DNA of 42,917 bases from a virus (taxonomy: Duplodnaviria; Caudoviricetes): positions 1 to 42,917 of the IMG/VR virus record IMGVR_UViG_3300031848_000010; one strand, written 5' to 3'. This document shows positions 22,101 to 28,700 of this stretch, piece by piece. Made by a program: the position numbers and the translations under genes. Position 1 is the first letter of the stretch; every line of letters starts with the position of its first letter. The notes under the pieces were generated by a model. That model searched no databases, was not told the origin of the DNA, and saw nothing but the letters and a program-made list of their open reading frames with translations.

Positions 22101-22615
22101 GCGAACGTATTGAGTATTTTGTTAAAGTTGAAAATACATTAAAACAACTACGTAGAGGCACACTAGGTACTGGAGTTAAGGAAACTTATCCAGTAGGACA
22201 ACGTGTATATGATCAGAACATAAGTAAGACTATACCATATAAAGACGTTACACAGTCTCAAAGCTTTGTTGGAAATGGAACACAAACAATCTTTACATTA
22301 GGATTTGATGTTGGAACTTATAATGAAATTGAAGTGTTTTCCGCTGGTAAAAGACTTAGAAAAACAACTTTAGAATCTTTTGATCCTGTAATTGCACTAG
22401 ATAGCCCAGATGGTGACATAACATTACCAAAAGAATTTGAATTTAATAGTGATGATAATACAATAATATTAAGTAACGTTCCAGCACTTAATACCAAGGT
22501 TACAGTTATTAAAAAGACTGGTCAAACTTGGACAAATACAGGTGAAATGCTGGGAGACGCTGAAAATTCAATTGCACGATTCTTACGAGCAGGCACATCG
22601 GCGCTACCAGAATAA
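7139..22615 (+). CDS. Giant (5158 aa) multi-domain baseplate/virion structural protein, gp7-like position
   Basis: Uninterrupted 15.5-kb ORF coupled to gp6 (TAATG overlap). Contains FG-GAP-like propeller repeats, W-x4-Y-x2-G-x2-V-x-Y (CBM5/12-like) repeats, N-x-G-x-GY repeats typical of T4-like marine phage structural proteins, and beta-rich Ig-like repeats. Confidence 0.75.
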   Translation: MAYNNNQNESPLPVPGAKVQNISIDFLPKFFRTEANRKFLQGTLDQLIQPGVAEKLSGYVGRETAKAYKASDNYIGDVSSARANYQLEPAAVIKDNLDNVTFYRDYNDYMNQLGSFGANTANHSRVNNQDTYGWNPNIDWDKFVNFREYYWLPNGPTSVAVRGQSKEVVSTYTVTTKDQGDNVSYQFNDGLTTNPTLKLYKGQTYRFEIDTPGHPIAFSISRTFTPGTAILTAGSEGIRADGQFDGALYGNNYDQGDYVVLPSSGSVTFDADDNVSTLYPTGITKYGKEGETISVVYVDKGTIEFTVPTNAPDRLYYISKNAVDTSGLIKIYDIAENSAIDVPTEVLGKKTYTSANGVKLSNGMKITFQGDVTPAKYDTRQWYVEGVGSNIKLIKDKDLIIPAAYSTSKLIPFDTDKFDDLPFADAKAYAADKDYITVNRSSPDRNAWSRYNCWYHKDIIVASETYNNNSYDLDESTRAKRPIIEYEAGLKLNNFGVFAKEDVDLVDVFTKDVFSVVEGSTGYNIDNIDLADGMRVLFTADTDILVSGQIYEVNFVTINKIRQINLRPVTDSAPIILETVLVTNGTKYAGTSFHYNGTTWIQSQQKTKINEHPLFEVFDANSNSFSDTTYYGSTTFKGTKLFSYKQSTGTNDVELGFPLTYRSINNSGDIVFNFNLLNDKFTYQTDNDLLSQTIDTGYLKKYKSLTSFDYVNGFSSIPTSSRQMVIRQYSATKIQLNNFGIDVYKKAGDINDLILHVYVDNKLKIRLQDYEIDRANGFATVRFYNNLTVGQTVRLKTHSLSEKTDKGYYEFPHNLERNPLNEDVTEFTLGEVIDHVDTMIEDIQGFTGVFPGKGSLRDAGETDQFGKRFVKHSGPINFPLYHITDKNFNIVKALKYSKNEYSRFKRKFLETAVTLGYDGPVKQHVDKILTTLNKEKMKSEPFYFSDMLGYGDSNRIEYTVLDSRTTTYPITTPFALTTLSAKSISVYLNAIQLVHEQDYTFNSDGYVVISATKVDGDIIEIYEYETTDGSFVAPTPTKLGLYPKFYPELTIDDSYIGVKTNVTGPYKVYGRIEQTTKAYKGKIGWFYPLHTTQASAIADDKARGGTGTVHEHVFEGLAQVFYMADVAKNHAVEDNNEVEEYPIGVAMLRGHDGSYIKAYKDFRDELVLEFERRIFNNIKVSYSTDLLDIQEFIAGEYRTTEFSKAEVDNSLVGDFTQWLRLVTGAEYTEHNFYDPNNSFTFNYSSATSPLGNKVPGFWRGTYIHAYGTDRPNSNPWEMLGFTMKPTWWDTTYGPAPYSGDNLVLWKDLEEGRIKVPGVAEVVNSKYARPGLTKHIPVDSQGRLKSPRDSSFTRNFLRNEATSGWKFGDHSPVETAWRRSSEYPFAVLLAYLLNKPAKVMGLGFDVSRIKKNLVKQWVQTDTNKPIQLSTAKIPNTYKDETRVLTCGLVNYIYNLISSDVLSVYTDYKNNLVNLTNQLGFKVGGFTDTSKFNLILDSRSPSKQTERDGIFVPQESFKVFNNTSSPLEMVTYSGISIEKSGSGYLLRGYSNTEPYFEYYKPKTGSSKITVTIGGISESQQEWSPRTLYERGMVVKFKNEFFRTAKQFTSGETFDADEGFAVLEELPITGGRTAVFYKDFETTDTPSRLQYGTRLATTQEVVDFMLGYNARQKVLGFSFNEVDAFNEVVENWENSAREFMFFTTQGWAAGTVITLSPGAQKIQFDRDFVVVDNLYDKFYDYSILQADGQPLSADFNGLVRDGNSFGLETSNTDDGLYHISLPIVQKEHVIILDNKTAFSDIIYEPKSGYRQDRIKVSGYRTDDWNGGLNLPGFLYDEAIITEWTQWKDYKIGELVKYKQFYYSANSNLSGAKNFNATLWLQLSKKPESELTANLDYKANQFADFYDLDSAGFDDEQQRMAQHLIGYQKRQYLANIINDDVSQFKFYRGFIADKGTMNALTKLFESLGDGTTSALDFYEEWAIQTGRYGATENTKQVEFNLKEDSMTESPQAFELIDTLPATNYDRVYRILPNEVFDKPELYDHSPFPTKSITTENEYIKTGGYVSVEDVAFTAGSISELSLGDINATSLGDYIWVVETGKDSWEVYQVISAAVHVVGATLRTDKLASDGMRLVDLELDTWADIPGDGIRALITTSDIVGIRGAQAYNLNGMYAIDTDGINLTTVTVKADVNANIIDFVDESFQVVKFRKVRVPNIDVLNSQRSKLYGKQKIWVDDYEGDWKVFENKPVYTANQTLFNPSDFDSTSQQFSKSVAITETNNDVFVSAPGDVLGKVSHYKRTDEKNNLVLDDILTLDSDDDLLNAASSGRFGENISVSPDGEYLVVGIPEASGVKTKFKDTFNTTSTYTKGDVVKYRESLWKANRTVLPEIASQAFTTFDTYVNIAASADADSTTLQLLVAGDPGLSGNTVDHILVRAPKDMYLGTAVGDTVNLYWNQRSYTYPTLTNYLPFDGDIPSITGSVITGSHIIQNKIDHVLFIATFVSLPTVGQSVTTATGSATVAYVGTQNDSAVIYLKDTNGIFSVSDELFIEETIFVGFYTESATYNTSDAVDGFWYIALPFNYSNNGTYYDTGRGLVYADVRLASSARALNAYSNIQSAVSYIGTYVKNKNRASYITQLSYTGDPGGTEAAQLSNKWIVRGEKAYTDTLSINDTTEFRVYNLDNRIIDVATAGFTFDILNKQQTVVDLWDGYIDFTFDEFDFAGNVFEPVVGDIIQDVQIPNDGQGGLAITTTTTSTAEVVFYRRNFNSVRVYVKVLSGLWNQLTNIGKYAIQRNANTVERGAADVNRVMGSVTDFENDVAVGTDTVGKLVVFEHSSQFDIVTNPEIVDEEYWFFNENTEQGISRIANPPYSLNKDYTQVFHLEAEKSGTAGPSKEGAVAIYRRSDVGTYKRQYVLVSEHGKENRGFGKKVKIVQKGKYYTLAVSSNGLGTRADPGSIEFYRHGVKAEDIASFKGPYQILSYLIGDIVLYQDQYFQCVKNATANNFVSDPVFWENISWKNGKDRNYRGVWDNTYRYEKGAIVEYNNILYVAATNIAAGAAAVSNSWTILSSAVDYVGMLPNRTSKTFYADETVFDPIQNIEQFSKDFDLSANGDVLVTTSTQVQTDSTRDIAVVVYREIGDKFVFSQMITEATSIDGFADKISMNPEGTKIAVSSPLKDSVRINQGVVYIYVQDANGVFGTVTNSALGITTPSQVMLPSQDEESEKFGYNLDFGKDNLVISSLNGDQLIPTSFDTYEKNLSNSYQLDKASTKKEVPTTFDRKFTSFKNVKIDKGVVYIYESFGNRMSLSETISYPLTQTSFGEYIYTNDNHIYIGMPQQYDDEYRGGLVDFRKLNGVFAWSAIRSSVTPVDVEKIQGAFLYNKKENKIITYLDFIDPIQGKIAGIAEQEIAFKTRYDPAFYNTGLLADNNVDPGRHWAENYVGKVWWNIDSARFAHPYQGSTNFQKNTWNTQLEGSVINVYEWVESKFLPNTWDGFADTDEGLAQGVSGISLYGNEKYTTRLEYDNVSKSFNTLYYFWVENKRNIPSNANRKLSIQNIAALIANPKDQKYRYLSLLSKNKFLLTNCNDIVNNNDVVLNIKYTTDSVEKTRQNVHNQYQILSKGLSTSVPNADIQLKWFDSLIGFDAKERAVPNLQIPAKSRYGIQNRPRQGMFVNRFEALKQFIERVNIVAKENLLADEYNLAALSKKEPLPTLIGGEYDHKVSTYAELVYISTSKVTPATLTPVLQNGKLVGITIVNAGRGYKVVPKITISGTGTDAEIALTINALGQITSASVVNQGLGYDANTSISVRRYSVLVEADNSVFNKWALYSWNEANSTWFRRSIQDYDVTQFWSYADWYASGYNQFTEIDDIIKGSYVLTSLENSLGDIVKINSVGSGGWLLLEKIADEDTEDYTINYKTIGRQNGTIQFNDKLYDYTKNTVGFDNRSFDSYFYDNTPSRELRIILEAIRDNIFIGTLAVEYNELFFATLRYVLAEQKGADWLFKTSFVKAKHNLGPLFQDITFNNNNLANYEAYINEVKPYSTNVREFVSNYTTVEGTNSSVSDFDLPPEYSTQSKSIVPSKAQVIDGVIVSEPNSAALYPRKNWSDNNGYQVTELQISNAGTGYTYTPTVKITSAEGTGATARAYLGYGRITKIEVLTNGSGYIKTPVVTIEGPQADGSTPATATAILGNGVVRSPSITTKFDRVSGKVYYATLLQEITVSGTGTKTVYDLEWPMDLSSSKVTVWVGKDNTKLVEQLRSAYTYTNVSNTTTGYKRQQGRITFTTPPAFDYKIKIQYYRPLSLLNAEDRINFAYNPTSSMYGKELEQLMTGVDYGGVQIRSFEFDKPAGWDSNGWYSDSWDTFDNTYEDELFYADGSTNAVALTKPLADGVMYNFYKNGVRIDDANYDASTVNTNPSAITNSIIGDGVTQALDLEEMGISLVSGDILIVRKTTSDGSTLPDADSYDTALTGGDLAYTTAKGINAEDIIIDGDGFITPTTSGGPEELVPGQVLDTLDLKVYTRDSAGQGIIHSQSYIMGSDTTYSLGAIPRTAEAVLVKVGNVILADSLYTIDWQNNNVVLNSATAGAELNIIAMSQGTQKVLDFGVGDTTSGQADYITTVDWEEGTSCFVSIDGISYNVSVFNSADDSVPGTAKVGIRLNTPPTVSGQKIHYTVFSDSLKINYSQVSKDTFTTDGTTRSYQLATTPFYALPNEHNIIVKVANKILNPGYNIKYTIDEFERREYKIETFQEAVGSNSAADISVFVDGIERFTPDEWRFDIANSSIILADNVGEESSIVAIYAITDGEYRITGNVVTLDTTPAADQTVEVFQFSNHDLLGIERINYDVVARTVLTSTDVQTVTYNRLTVGEVPLRQKAVDAQYVWVSVNGELLTPSVDYYITDDQMNVRLTKTPAANDVIDIIHFTAPVSTSKFAYRQFKDMLNRTHFKRLDKEATKLREPLNSTDLRVEVVDGSTLSEPSKGQNLPGIIFIDGERIEYFVKVENTLKQLRRGTLGTGVKETYPVGQRVYDQNISKTIPYKDVTQSQSFVGNGTQTIFTLGFDVGTYNEIEVFSAGKRLRKTTLESFDPVIALDSPDGDITLPKEFEFNSDDNTIILSNVPALNTKVTVIKKTGQTWTNTGEMLGDAENSIARFLRAGTSALPE

Positions 22616-22618
22616 ATA
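22613..22618 (+). promoter_or_regulatory. Late-type promoter TAAATA overlapping the stop codon of the giant gene
   Basis: TAAATACAGTAT, a 12-mer identical to that at 3123; followed by AGGA SD and ATG at 22635. Confidence 0.65.
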
Positions 22619-22634
22619 CAGTATAGGAAATACA

Positions 22635-23237
22635 ATGAGTGATAATATGCAAGATAAAAACGGAGTACTAGTACAAGGACATATTAAAATCTTTGACCCT
22701 GAGTCAAAGGCAGTATATGTTGAAAAACGCAATGCAATCCATTATGAAAATATGAGTATTGCGTTGGCAGAAAGTCTGAGTAATGCAGGTGCAGGATTTG
22801 TTTACGAAATGAGTTTCGGAAATGGCGGCACAAGTGTTGATCCGACAGGCATTATTACGTATCTTACTCCTAACAGTACAGGCACAAATGCTAGTTTGTA
22901 TAATCAAACTTATACAAAAGTAGTTGACGAAAAAAGTGTTAATAACACAGACACTGCTAGAAATAAAACAGAAACAAGACACGTAAGTGGAACTAACTAT
23001 ACTGATATTTTAGTTAGTTGTTTACTAGACTATGGTGAACCAAGCGGCCAACAGGCATTTGACAACGCAACTGATCCTGATAATGCATTTGTATTTGATG
23101 AATTAGGTTTAAGAAGTTATAGCCCAGCTGGCGCAGGCAGATTAATTACACATGTTATTTTCCATCCTGTGCAAAAGTCACTTAACAGATTAATACAAAT
23201 TGACTACACTGTACGTGTACAAAGTTTGGCAGGGTAA
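22635..23237 (+). CDS. Small baseplate structural protein (possible fibre-attachment fold)
   Basis: True start is probably ATG 22635 (AGGA SD; avoids a 74-nt overlap). Motifs GHIKI..., MSFGNGG, LLDYGEP, FDELGL, LITHVIFHPVQK...IDYTVRVQ resemble myophage baseplate/fibre-anchor domains. Confidence 0.6.
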   Translation: MSDNMQDKNGVLVQGHIKIFDPESKAVYVEKRNAIHYENMSIALAESLSNAGAGFVYEMSFGNGGTSVDPTGIITYLTPNSTGTNASLYNQTYTKVVDEKSVNNTDTARNKTETRHVSGTNYTDILVSCLLDYGEPSGQQAFDNATDPDNAFVFDELGLRSYSPAGAGRLITHVIFHPVQKSLNRLIQIDYTVRVQSLAG

Positions 23238-23247
23238 GGAATAGATT

Positions 23248-25308
23248 ATGGCATATGCAATTAGTTACACTGACTCTGTAAACAAAGGAACCATTACAGT
23301 TGAAGACAACACTCTTAATGCGGAGACTACTTTAAGTTTACCTGGTAGATTTACAACAGCATATGGTCAAGCAATTAGTGAGAACTTTTTACACTTGTTG
23401 GAAAACTTTGCTAACAGTAATGCACCACTACGTCCAGTAGAAGGACAACTTTGGTACGATACGTCGACAGGAGTTGATCAACTTAAAATTTATGACGGAG
23501 CAATTTGGCAATCAGCAGCAGGACTTAAAAAAGCAAGTTCTGAACCAGCTGTTGTTAACAGTAGTGCAGGCGACTTGTGGGTTAATACAGGTAGTCAGCA
23601 GTTATATTTGTTTACAGGTAGTACTTGGGTATTAGTTGGTCCTGAATTTACAGATGGATTGTTAACAGGTACAAAATCAGAATCTGTTATAGGAACTGAT
23701 AACTTAACATACACTATTCTTTCTGTTAAACTGCAAGACAAACCAGCTTTCATTATTAGTGATAGAGCATTTGTTCCAAAGTCTGCTATTGCAGGTTTTA
23801 CAACTGGCATACAAGCAGGAATGAATATTAGTGATACTGCATTATTTGGAACTGAAACTTTAAAGTATTTTGGTACAGCAGAAAAAGCTGATGCACTTGT
23901 GGTTGGCTCAACAACTGTGCCAGCAGCTAACTTTGTTAGAACAGATCAAACTTCAACATCAAACTTTGATTTAAAAATTAAAAATAATAACGGTATAGTA
24001 ATTGGTACAGGCGGACAACTTAGTATGGGGGTAGACGGCGAGCAAGCCGTTATACAACATAACACTAGTGGTTCCAATATTGACTTTAGATTACGTAGCG
24101 GAACATCAACACCTACAGTAATGCGTATTGATTCAAGTGGTAAAGTAGGCATTAATAATAGTGCCCCTGAACAAGATCTTGATGTATCAGGTAATGTTAA
24201 AGTTTCACCTAAGTTAGGAGTTGCTGCATCAGGTTATGTTTCAATTACTAGTACTATTAACAGTTCTAGTATTAGCACAGGATCACTTATTACAACAGGC
24301 GGCATGGGCATTGCACTTAATGCATACATAGGCGGTAATGTTGATGTAGGCGGTATTTTGCAAACTGGAAATATTGCACCAGATTCAGCATCAATTAGAA
24401 ACATTGGTACGTTAGTAAACAAGTACGACAGTGTATATGCTAATACTTTTTACGGCAACATTCAAGGTAACGTAAGTGGAACAGTTAGTGGTAGAGCAGG
24501 CTCGTCAGATAAGCTAGCAAGTGCTACAACATTTGCAGTTTCTGGAGATGTAGAAGCTGCAAGCTTTGAATTTGACGGACAAACAGGCGGAAGCACTAAG
24601 ACATTTAATATGTCAATTGCTGATACGTTTATTTCCAATAAAGATGTTACGTATTCCGCAGAGAATTCCGACGAAGTATTATTAAATAGGCCTACTGGAA
24701 CAACAGGCGTATTTAGAATTACAAAAAGTAACCTTATAAAAGATATTCCACTCAACCCAGTAGGAGTGTTTATGCCATATGGCGGCACAGCAACTCCGTC
24801 AGGTTGGTTATTTTGTGATGGATCAGAAGTAAGAAAGTCAGATTATAACGAATTATGGTTAGCTATTGGGTTTAACTTTAAAGATGCTAGTTTAATTAGT
24901 GATGCAGGAGTTAACTTTTTTGCATTACCTGATATGCGAGGAAGATTTGCACTAGGCATGGACAATATGGGCGGTGCAAGTGCCAACAGAGTAACAGATG
25001 CAAATGCAGACAGTATTGGCGGTAGCGGAGGCACTCAAAGTACTTCAATTACAATAGGAAATTTGCCAGAACACGAACATGATATGGAAGGCGACAGTGG
25101 AACACAGTACTATGCAACAAGAGTTGGAACAGGTACTCCTGTAGACACAGGAGCAATTCAACTTTCAATAGAGTCTGGATCACAAGGAACACACGGTTTA
25201 GCTTCAAGTGGTGGTATTAAGACATCAACTACTTTAGGAACTGCAATGGATACCTTAGATCCATACCTAGCTGTTAACTATATTATATATACTGGAGTTA
25301 CATCATGA
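23248..25308 (+). CDS. Tail fibre/baseplate fibre protein with C-terminal tail-collar domain (gp10/gp12-like)
   Basis: Collar motif PVGVFMPYGG...PSGWLFCDG...Y.ELWLAIG...FALPDMRGRF, HEH metal-binding motif and terminal PYLAVNYIIY; N-terminal domain shared with the next two genes. Confidence 0.85.
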   Translation: MAYAISYTDSVNKGTITVEDNTLNAETTLSLPGRFTTAYGQAISENFLHLLENFANSNAPLRPVEGQLWYDTSTGVDQLKIYDGAIWQSAAGLKKASSEPAVVNSSAGDLWVNTGSQQLYLFTGSTWVLVGPEFTDGLLTGTKSESVIGTDNLTYTILSVKLQDKPAFIISDRAFVPKSAIAGFTTGIQAGMNISDTALFGTETLKYFGTAEKADALVVGSTTVPAANFVRTDQTSTSNFDLKIKNNNGIVIGTGGQLSMGVDGEQAVIQHNTSGSNIDFRLRSGTSTPTVMRIDSSGKVGINNSAPEQDLDVSGNVKVSPKLGVAASGYVSITSTINSSSISTGSLITTGGMGIALNAYIGGNVDVGGILQTGNIAPDSASIRNIGTLVNKYDSVYANTFYGNIQGNVSGTVSGRAGSSDKLASATTFAVSGDVEAASFEFDGQTGGSTKTFNMSIADTFISNKDVTYSAENSDEVLLNRPTGTTGVFRITKSNLIKDIPLNPVGVFMPYGGTATPSGWLFCDGSEVRKSDYNELWLAIGFNFKDASLISDAGVNFFALPDMRGRFALGMDNMGGASANRVTDANADSIGGSGGTQSTSITIGNLPEHEHDMEGDSGTQYYATRVGTGTPVDTGAIQLSIESGSQGTHGLASSGGIKTSTTLGTAMDTLDPYLAVNYIIYTGVTS

Positions 25309-27170
25309 GCTATCAATTAAACAAAACAGACGGTACATTACTAGTATCGTTAATTGACGGACAGATTGACACAGCTAGTACAAACCTTACATTAGTTGGT
25401 AAAAACTATACAGGCTACGGCGAAGCGTTTAATGAAAATTTTATTAAATTGTTGGAAAACTTCTCTAGCACAGCAGCACCGAGTAATCCGTTAACAGGGC
25501 AACTTTGGTGGGATACTAGTGCAGCTAGATTAAAAGTATTTGACGGATTAATATGGAAAGCAAGTGGCGGACCGTTTGTCCAAAACACACTGCCTACAAT
25601 GGTAGCAGGCGATTTATGGATTGATAACCTAAACAATCAACTTTATGCATTTGACGGAACTGATACAGTACTAATTGGTCCACAATACACTGTAACCCAA
25701 AAGAAAACAGGATTTGAAACTGGTAGTATACTTGATAATCAAAGCAGATCACGTACAATAGCATATTTGTATGTTGGCGGAACATTGTCAGCAGTATTAA
25801 GTGCAATAGAATTTACGCCTACTTACTCACAAAGAATTCCAGGGTTAGTTACTGCAACAAATACAACTGGAATTATTTACGAAGGCATTAATATTATTAA
25901 TGCAACTACTTTTAAATGGCTTGGAGTAGCAAGCAGTTCACTAGCACTTACAGATGCGGCAGGAGTTAATAGAACAGCTGAACAGTTTTTAGCATCAAAC
26001 GCAAATGATGTAACAACTGGTTCATTAACTATTCAAAACTCCGGTGGTTTGACAATTGGTCTATCACAAAACAACGTACAAAAAGTGATCGGTGAGAGAT
26101 TTTATATAGAAAATCAGTTACTAGACCATGACATGAGTTTGCGTGTGCGTAGTAATCAGTTTAACTCACTAATTGTTGACGCTGTTTACGTAGATGCAAG
26201 TACAGCTAAAGTTGGTATTTTTACTACTAACAGATTGCCAGCATACACACTAGATGTTGAGGGCGATATCAGAGCTACAGGAAATTTAATTGTAGAAGGA
26301 ACTTCTACAACAATTGATACTGTGACATTAAGGGTTGAAGACAAGAATATCGAACTAGGCTACCAGTCAGATAGTACTGGCGGAGACGATGCTGGAGCAG
26401 AAGGCGGTGGTGTTACACTGTTGTCAACTGATACTGACAAAACTATTCAATGGCTAGGAGCAACAGATGCTTGGACATTCAATAAAAATATTGATTTATC
26501 AGATACGACTACATCAATTAAGATTGGAGGACAAGTTAAACTAACAAATACTAGTTTGTCAAATATTTTATACGCAGATGAACTAACTAGACTCGGAACA
26601 CTTACAGCACTACAAGTTGATTCAATTGGAATTGACGGTAATACTATTAGTAATTCTGTTTCTAATATTAATATTACAGCTACTGGCGGAATGGTTGTTT
26701 CACCAGGCGGCAATATAGCAATTACTGGTAATCATAAAATTACTGGAGTTAAAGATCCTACCGACGTACAAGACGTTGCAACAAAGATCTATGCAGATAC
26801 TGAAATAGCAAATGAAACTATAGTAATGGGATTTGATATTACAGGATTAGGAACAGGCTCAACACTACAAGCAGCAGTCGCAGGATATTTAAATGATTTA
26901 TATCCGGCTGCAACAATTAATAATAATAAGCAAGCTAAACTACACTGCACATCATATGCCAATGCAACAGCAAGTGGTATTGATGTAAACTCTGCTAAAA
27001 CTATTTCGTACATAGCAGTTGACTCAAACGGAACACAGAACGAATCAGTAGTACAAGACATTGTTTTTGCTGGTGCTAGCGGTAACGTTTCATTAACTGC
27101 AGCACGTAGTTTGATGAGGTTCCAGTCAAATGGAACAGCATGGGAGTGGCAGGCAACAACTGCTTATTAA
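25305..27170 (+). CDS. Tail fibre protein (paralogue 2)
   Basis: Shared N-terminal GKNY.GYGE..NENF..LLENF...P..GQLW domain; fibre motifs LRVEDKNIELG...GGGVTL...DKTIQW and DPTDVQDVATKIYAD; ATGA coupling to the previous gene. Confidence 0.8.
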   Translation: MSYQLNKTDGTLLVSLIDGQIDTASTNLTLVGKNYTGYGEAFNENFIKLLENFSSTAAPSNPLTGQLWWDTSAARLKVFDGLIWKASGGPFVQNTLPTMVAGDLWIDNLNNQLYAFDGTDTVLIGPQYTVTQKKTGFETGSILDNQSRSRTIAYLYVGGTLSAVLSAIEFTPTYSQRIPGLVTATNTTGIIYEGINIINATTFKWLGVASSSLALTDAAGVNRTAEQFLASNANDVTTGSLTIQNSGGLTIGLSQNNVQKVIGERFYIENQLLDHDMSLRVRSNQFNSLIVDAVYVDASTAKVGIFTTNRLPAYTLDVEGDIRATGNLIVEGTSTTIDTVTLRVEDKNIELGYQSDSTGGDDAGAEGGGVTLLSTDTDKTIQWLGATDAWTFNKNIDLSDTTTSIKIGGQVKLTNTSLSNILYADELTRLGTLTALQVDSIGIDGNTISNSVSNINITATGGMVVSPGGNIAITGNHKITGVKDPTDVQDVATKIYADTEIANETIVMGFDITGLGTGSTLQAAVAGYLNDLYPAATINNNKQAKLHCTSYANATASGIDVNSAKTISYIAVDSNGTQNESVVQDIVFAGASGNVSLTAARSLMRFQSNGTAWEWQATTAY

Positions 27171-27187
27171 ACATATGATCAAAACGA

Positions 27188-27206
27188 TAAATAACATAAG
27201 TACTTA
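27188..27206 (+). promoter_or_regulatory. Late-type promoter TAAATA (27188-27193) followed by palindrome TAAGTACTTA (27197-27206)
   Basis: Read directly in the 48-bp gap; AGGGG SD follows. Confidence 0.6.
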
Positions 27207-27218
27207 GGGGTTACACCA

Positions 27219-28691
27219 ATGGCATATCAAATAGATAGATACAATAATACGCTTTTAACCAACGTAGAAGACGGGACAGTCGATCAAACTACCGATTTAA
27301 AGTTCATCGGTAAGAACTACGCAGGTTATGGCGAAATACAAAATGAAAACTTTCTGTTTTTGTTAGAAAACTTTAGCGGAGCAACAGCACCAGCTAGACC
27401 ACTAAGCGGTCAGCTTTGGTATGATACAGCTTCAGCTAAATTAAAGTTTTATGACGGAACAAAGTGGCGAACAAATGGAGGATCAGAGGCTTCTGCAACT
27501 GAACCAACAGGATTATCAATAGGTGATTTTTGGTGGGATACTACTAACAATCAATTGTACGTTTACAACGGCACACTATTCATATTAATTGGACCACAAA
27601 ACGCAGGTGATGGCGTAACCCAAATGCAAAGCTTGCAACTTCTTGATACTAATGGCACAAACAGAAATGTTATCGCAGGTACACTTAATAGTGAAGTTGT
27701 AATGATGGTTAGTGCATTTGAATTTGATATTGCAGTAAGTAACGCAGTTACAGGATTTGATAGACTTAAGAAGGGTATTACACTAGTTAATACTAAATTA
27801 GCATCCAATGGTATAACTACTCCAGCAGGACATTACTTTTGGGGTACTTCTTCAGACTCATTACGCTTAGGTGGCGTACTAGCATCAAACTTTATTCAAC
27901 AATCCGGAAGCGATAACACAGTTTTTACAACTACTGTTGAATTTCCAGACAGCGGAATACAAATTGGTAACTCACAGGATTTACAGCTATTAATTGAGAA
28001 CGGCACTGACGGTGTTATTCAAAATATTACAGGCAACAACAGTAAAATTAAGGTAAAGTCAACAAACGGTTCTGGAACAACAACACATTCGGTTACGTTT
28101 AATTCTTCAGGTATTCTACCAGCAGTAGACAACACGTTTGCACTAGGTAGCGGCTCCCTTAAATTTTCCAATGTATATGCATCAGCATTTACAGGTGAAG
28201 CTTCACAAGCAACTGCACTAAGAGTCGGTACAGACTTTAGAACAGCAAGTGCTAGTGCTTCAAATAATACTGTTGCAGTAAGAGACGCAACAGGCAACAT
28301 TGCTGCAAACTTATTCGAAGGTACTGCAACACAAGCACGTTATGCGGATTTAGCAGAAAAATATACAACGGATCAAGAATATCCAGTAGGAACTGCAATG
28401 GCAGTTGGTGGTACTTCGGAAACTAGAGCAGCTAAAGTAGGAGACGAGTGTATTGGTGTTATATCAGATAAACCAGCATACTTAATGAACTCAGAACTTG
28501 ACGGTCAAGCAATTGGTTTAAAAGGACGTTTACCTGTAAGAGTAACAGGTCGAGTGTCTAAAGGACAATCACTGTATGCTTGGGCAGACGGTATATGTAC
28601 AACTATTGCAACAAATTCTTTGGTCGGAATAGCACTTGAAACTAGTAATGAAGAAGGCGAAAAATTAATAGAATGCGTACTAAAAGTGTAA
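27219..28691 (+). CDS. Tail fibre/spike protein (paralogue 3) with C-terminal intramolecular-chaperone-like domain (peptidase G2-like)
   Basis: Shared N-terminal domain; C-terminus YADLAEKY...GT...IGVISDKPAYLMN...IGLKGRLPVRV.G.V.KG resembles auto-cleaving chaperone domains of phage spikes. Confidence 0.75.
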   Translation: MAYQIDRYNNTLLTNVEDGTVDQTTDLKFIGKNYAGYGEIQNENFLFLLENFSGATAPARPLSGQLWYDTASAKLKFYDGTKWRTNGGSEASATEPTGLSIGDFWWDTTNNQLYVYNGTLFILIGPQNAGDGVTQMQSLQLLDTNGTNRNVIAGTLNSEVVMMVSAFEFDIAVSNAVTGFDRLKKGITLVNTKLASNGITTPAGHYFWGTSSDSLRLGGVLASNFIQQSGSDNTVFTTTVEFPDSGIQIGNSQDLQLLIENGTDGVIQNITGNNSKIKVKSTNGSGTTTHSVTFNSSGILPAVDNTFALGSGSLKFSNVYASAFTGEASQATALRVGTDFRTASASASNNTVAVRDATGNIAANLFEGTATQARYADLAEKYTTDQEYPVGTAMAVGGTSETRAAKVGDECIGVISDKPAYLMNSELDGQAIGLKGRLPVRVTGRVSKGQSLYAWADGICTTIATNSLVGIALETSNEEGEKLIECVLKV

Positions 28692-28700
28692 GGATCAAAC

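Noticed and set aside
22542-22634. GTG-started N-terminal extension of the 231-aa ORF
   Set aside because: It overlaps the giant gene, and a TAAATA box plus AGGA SD point to ATG 22635.
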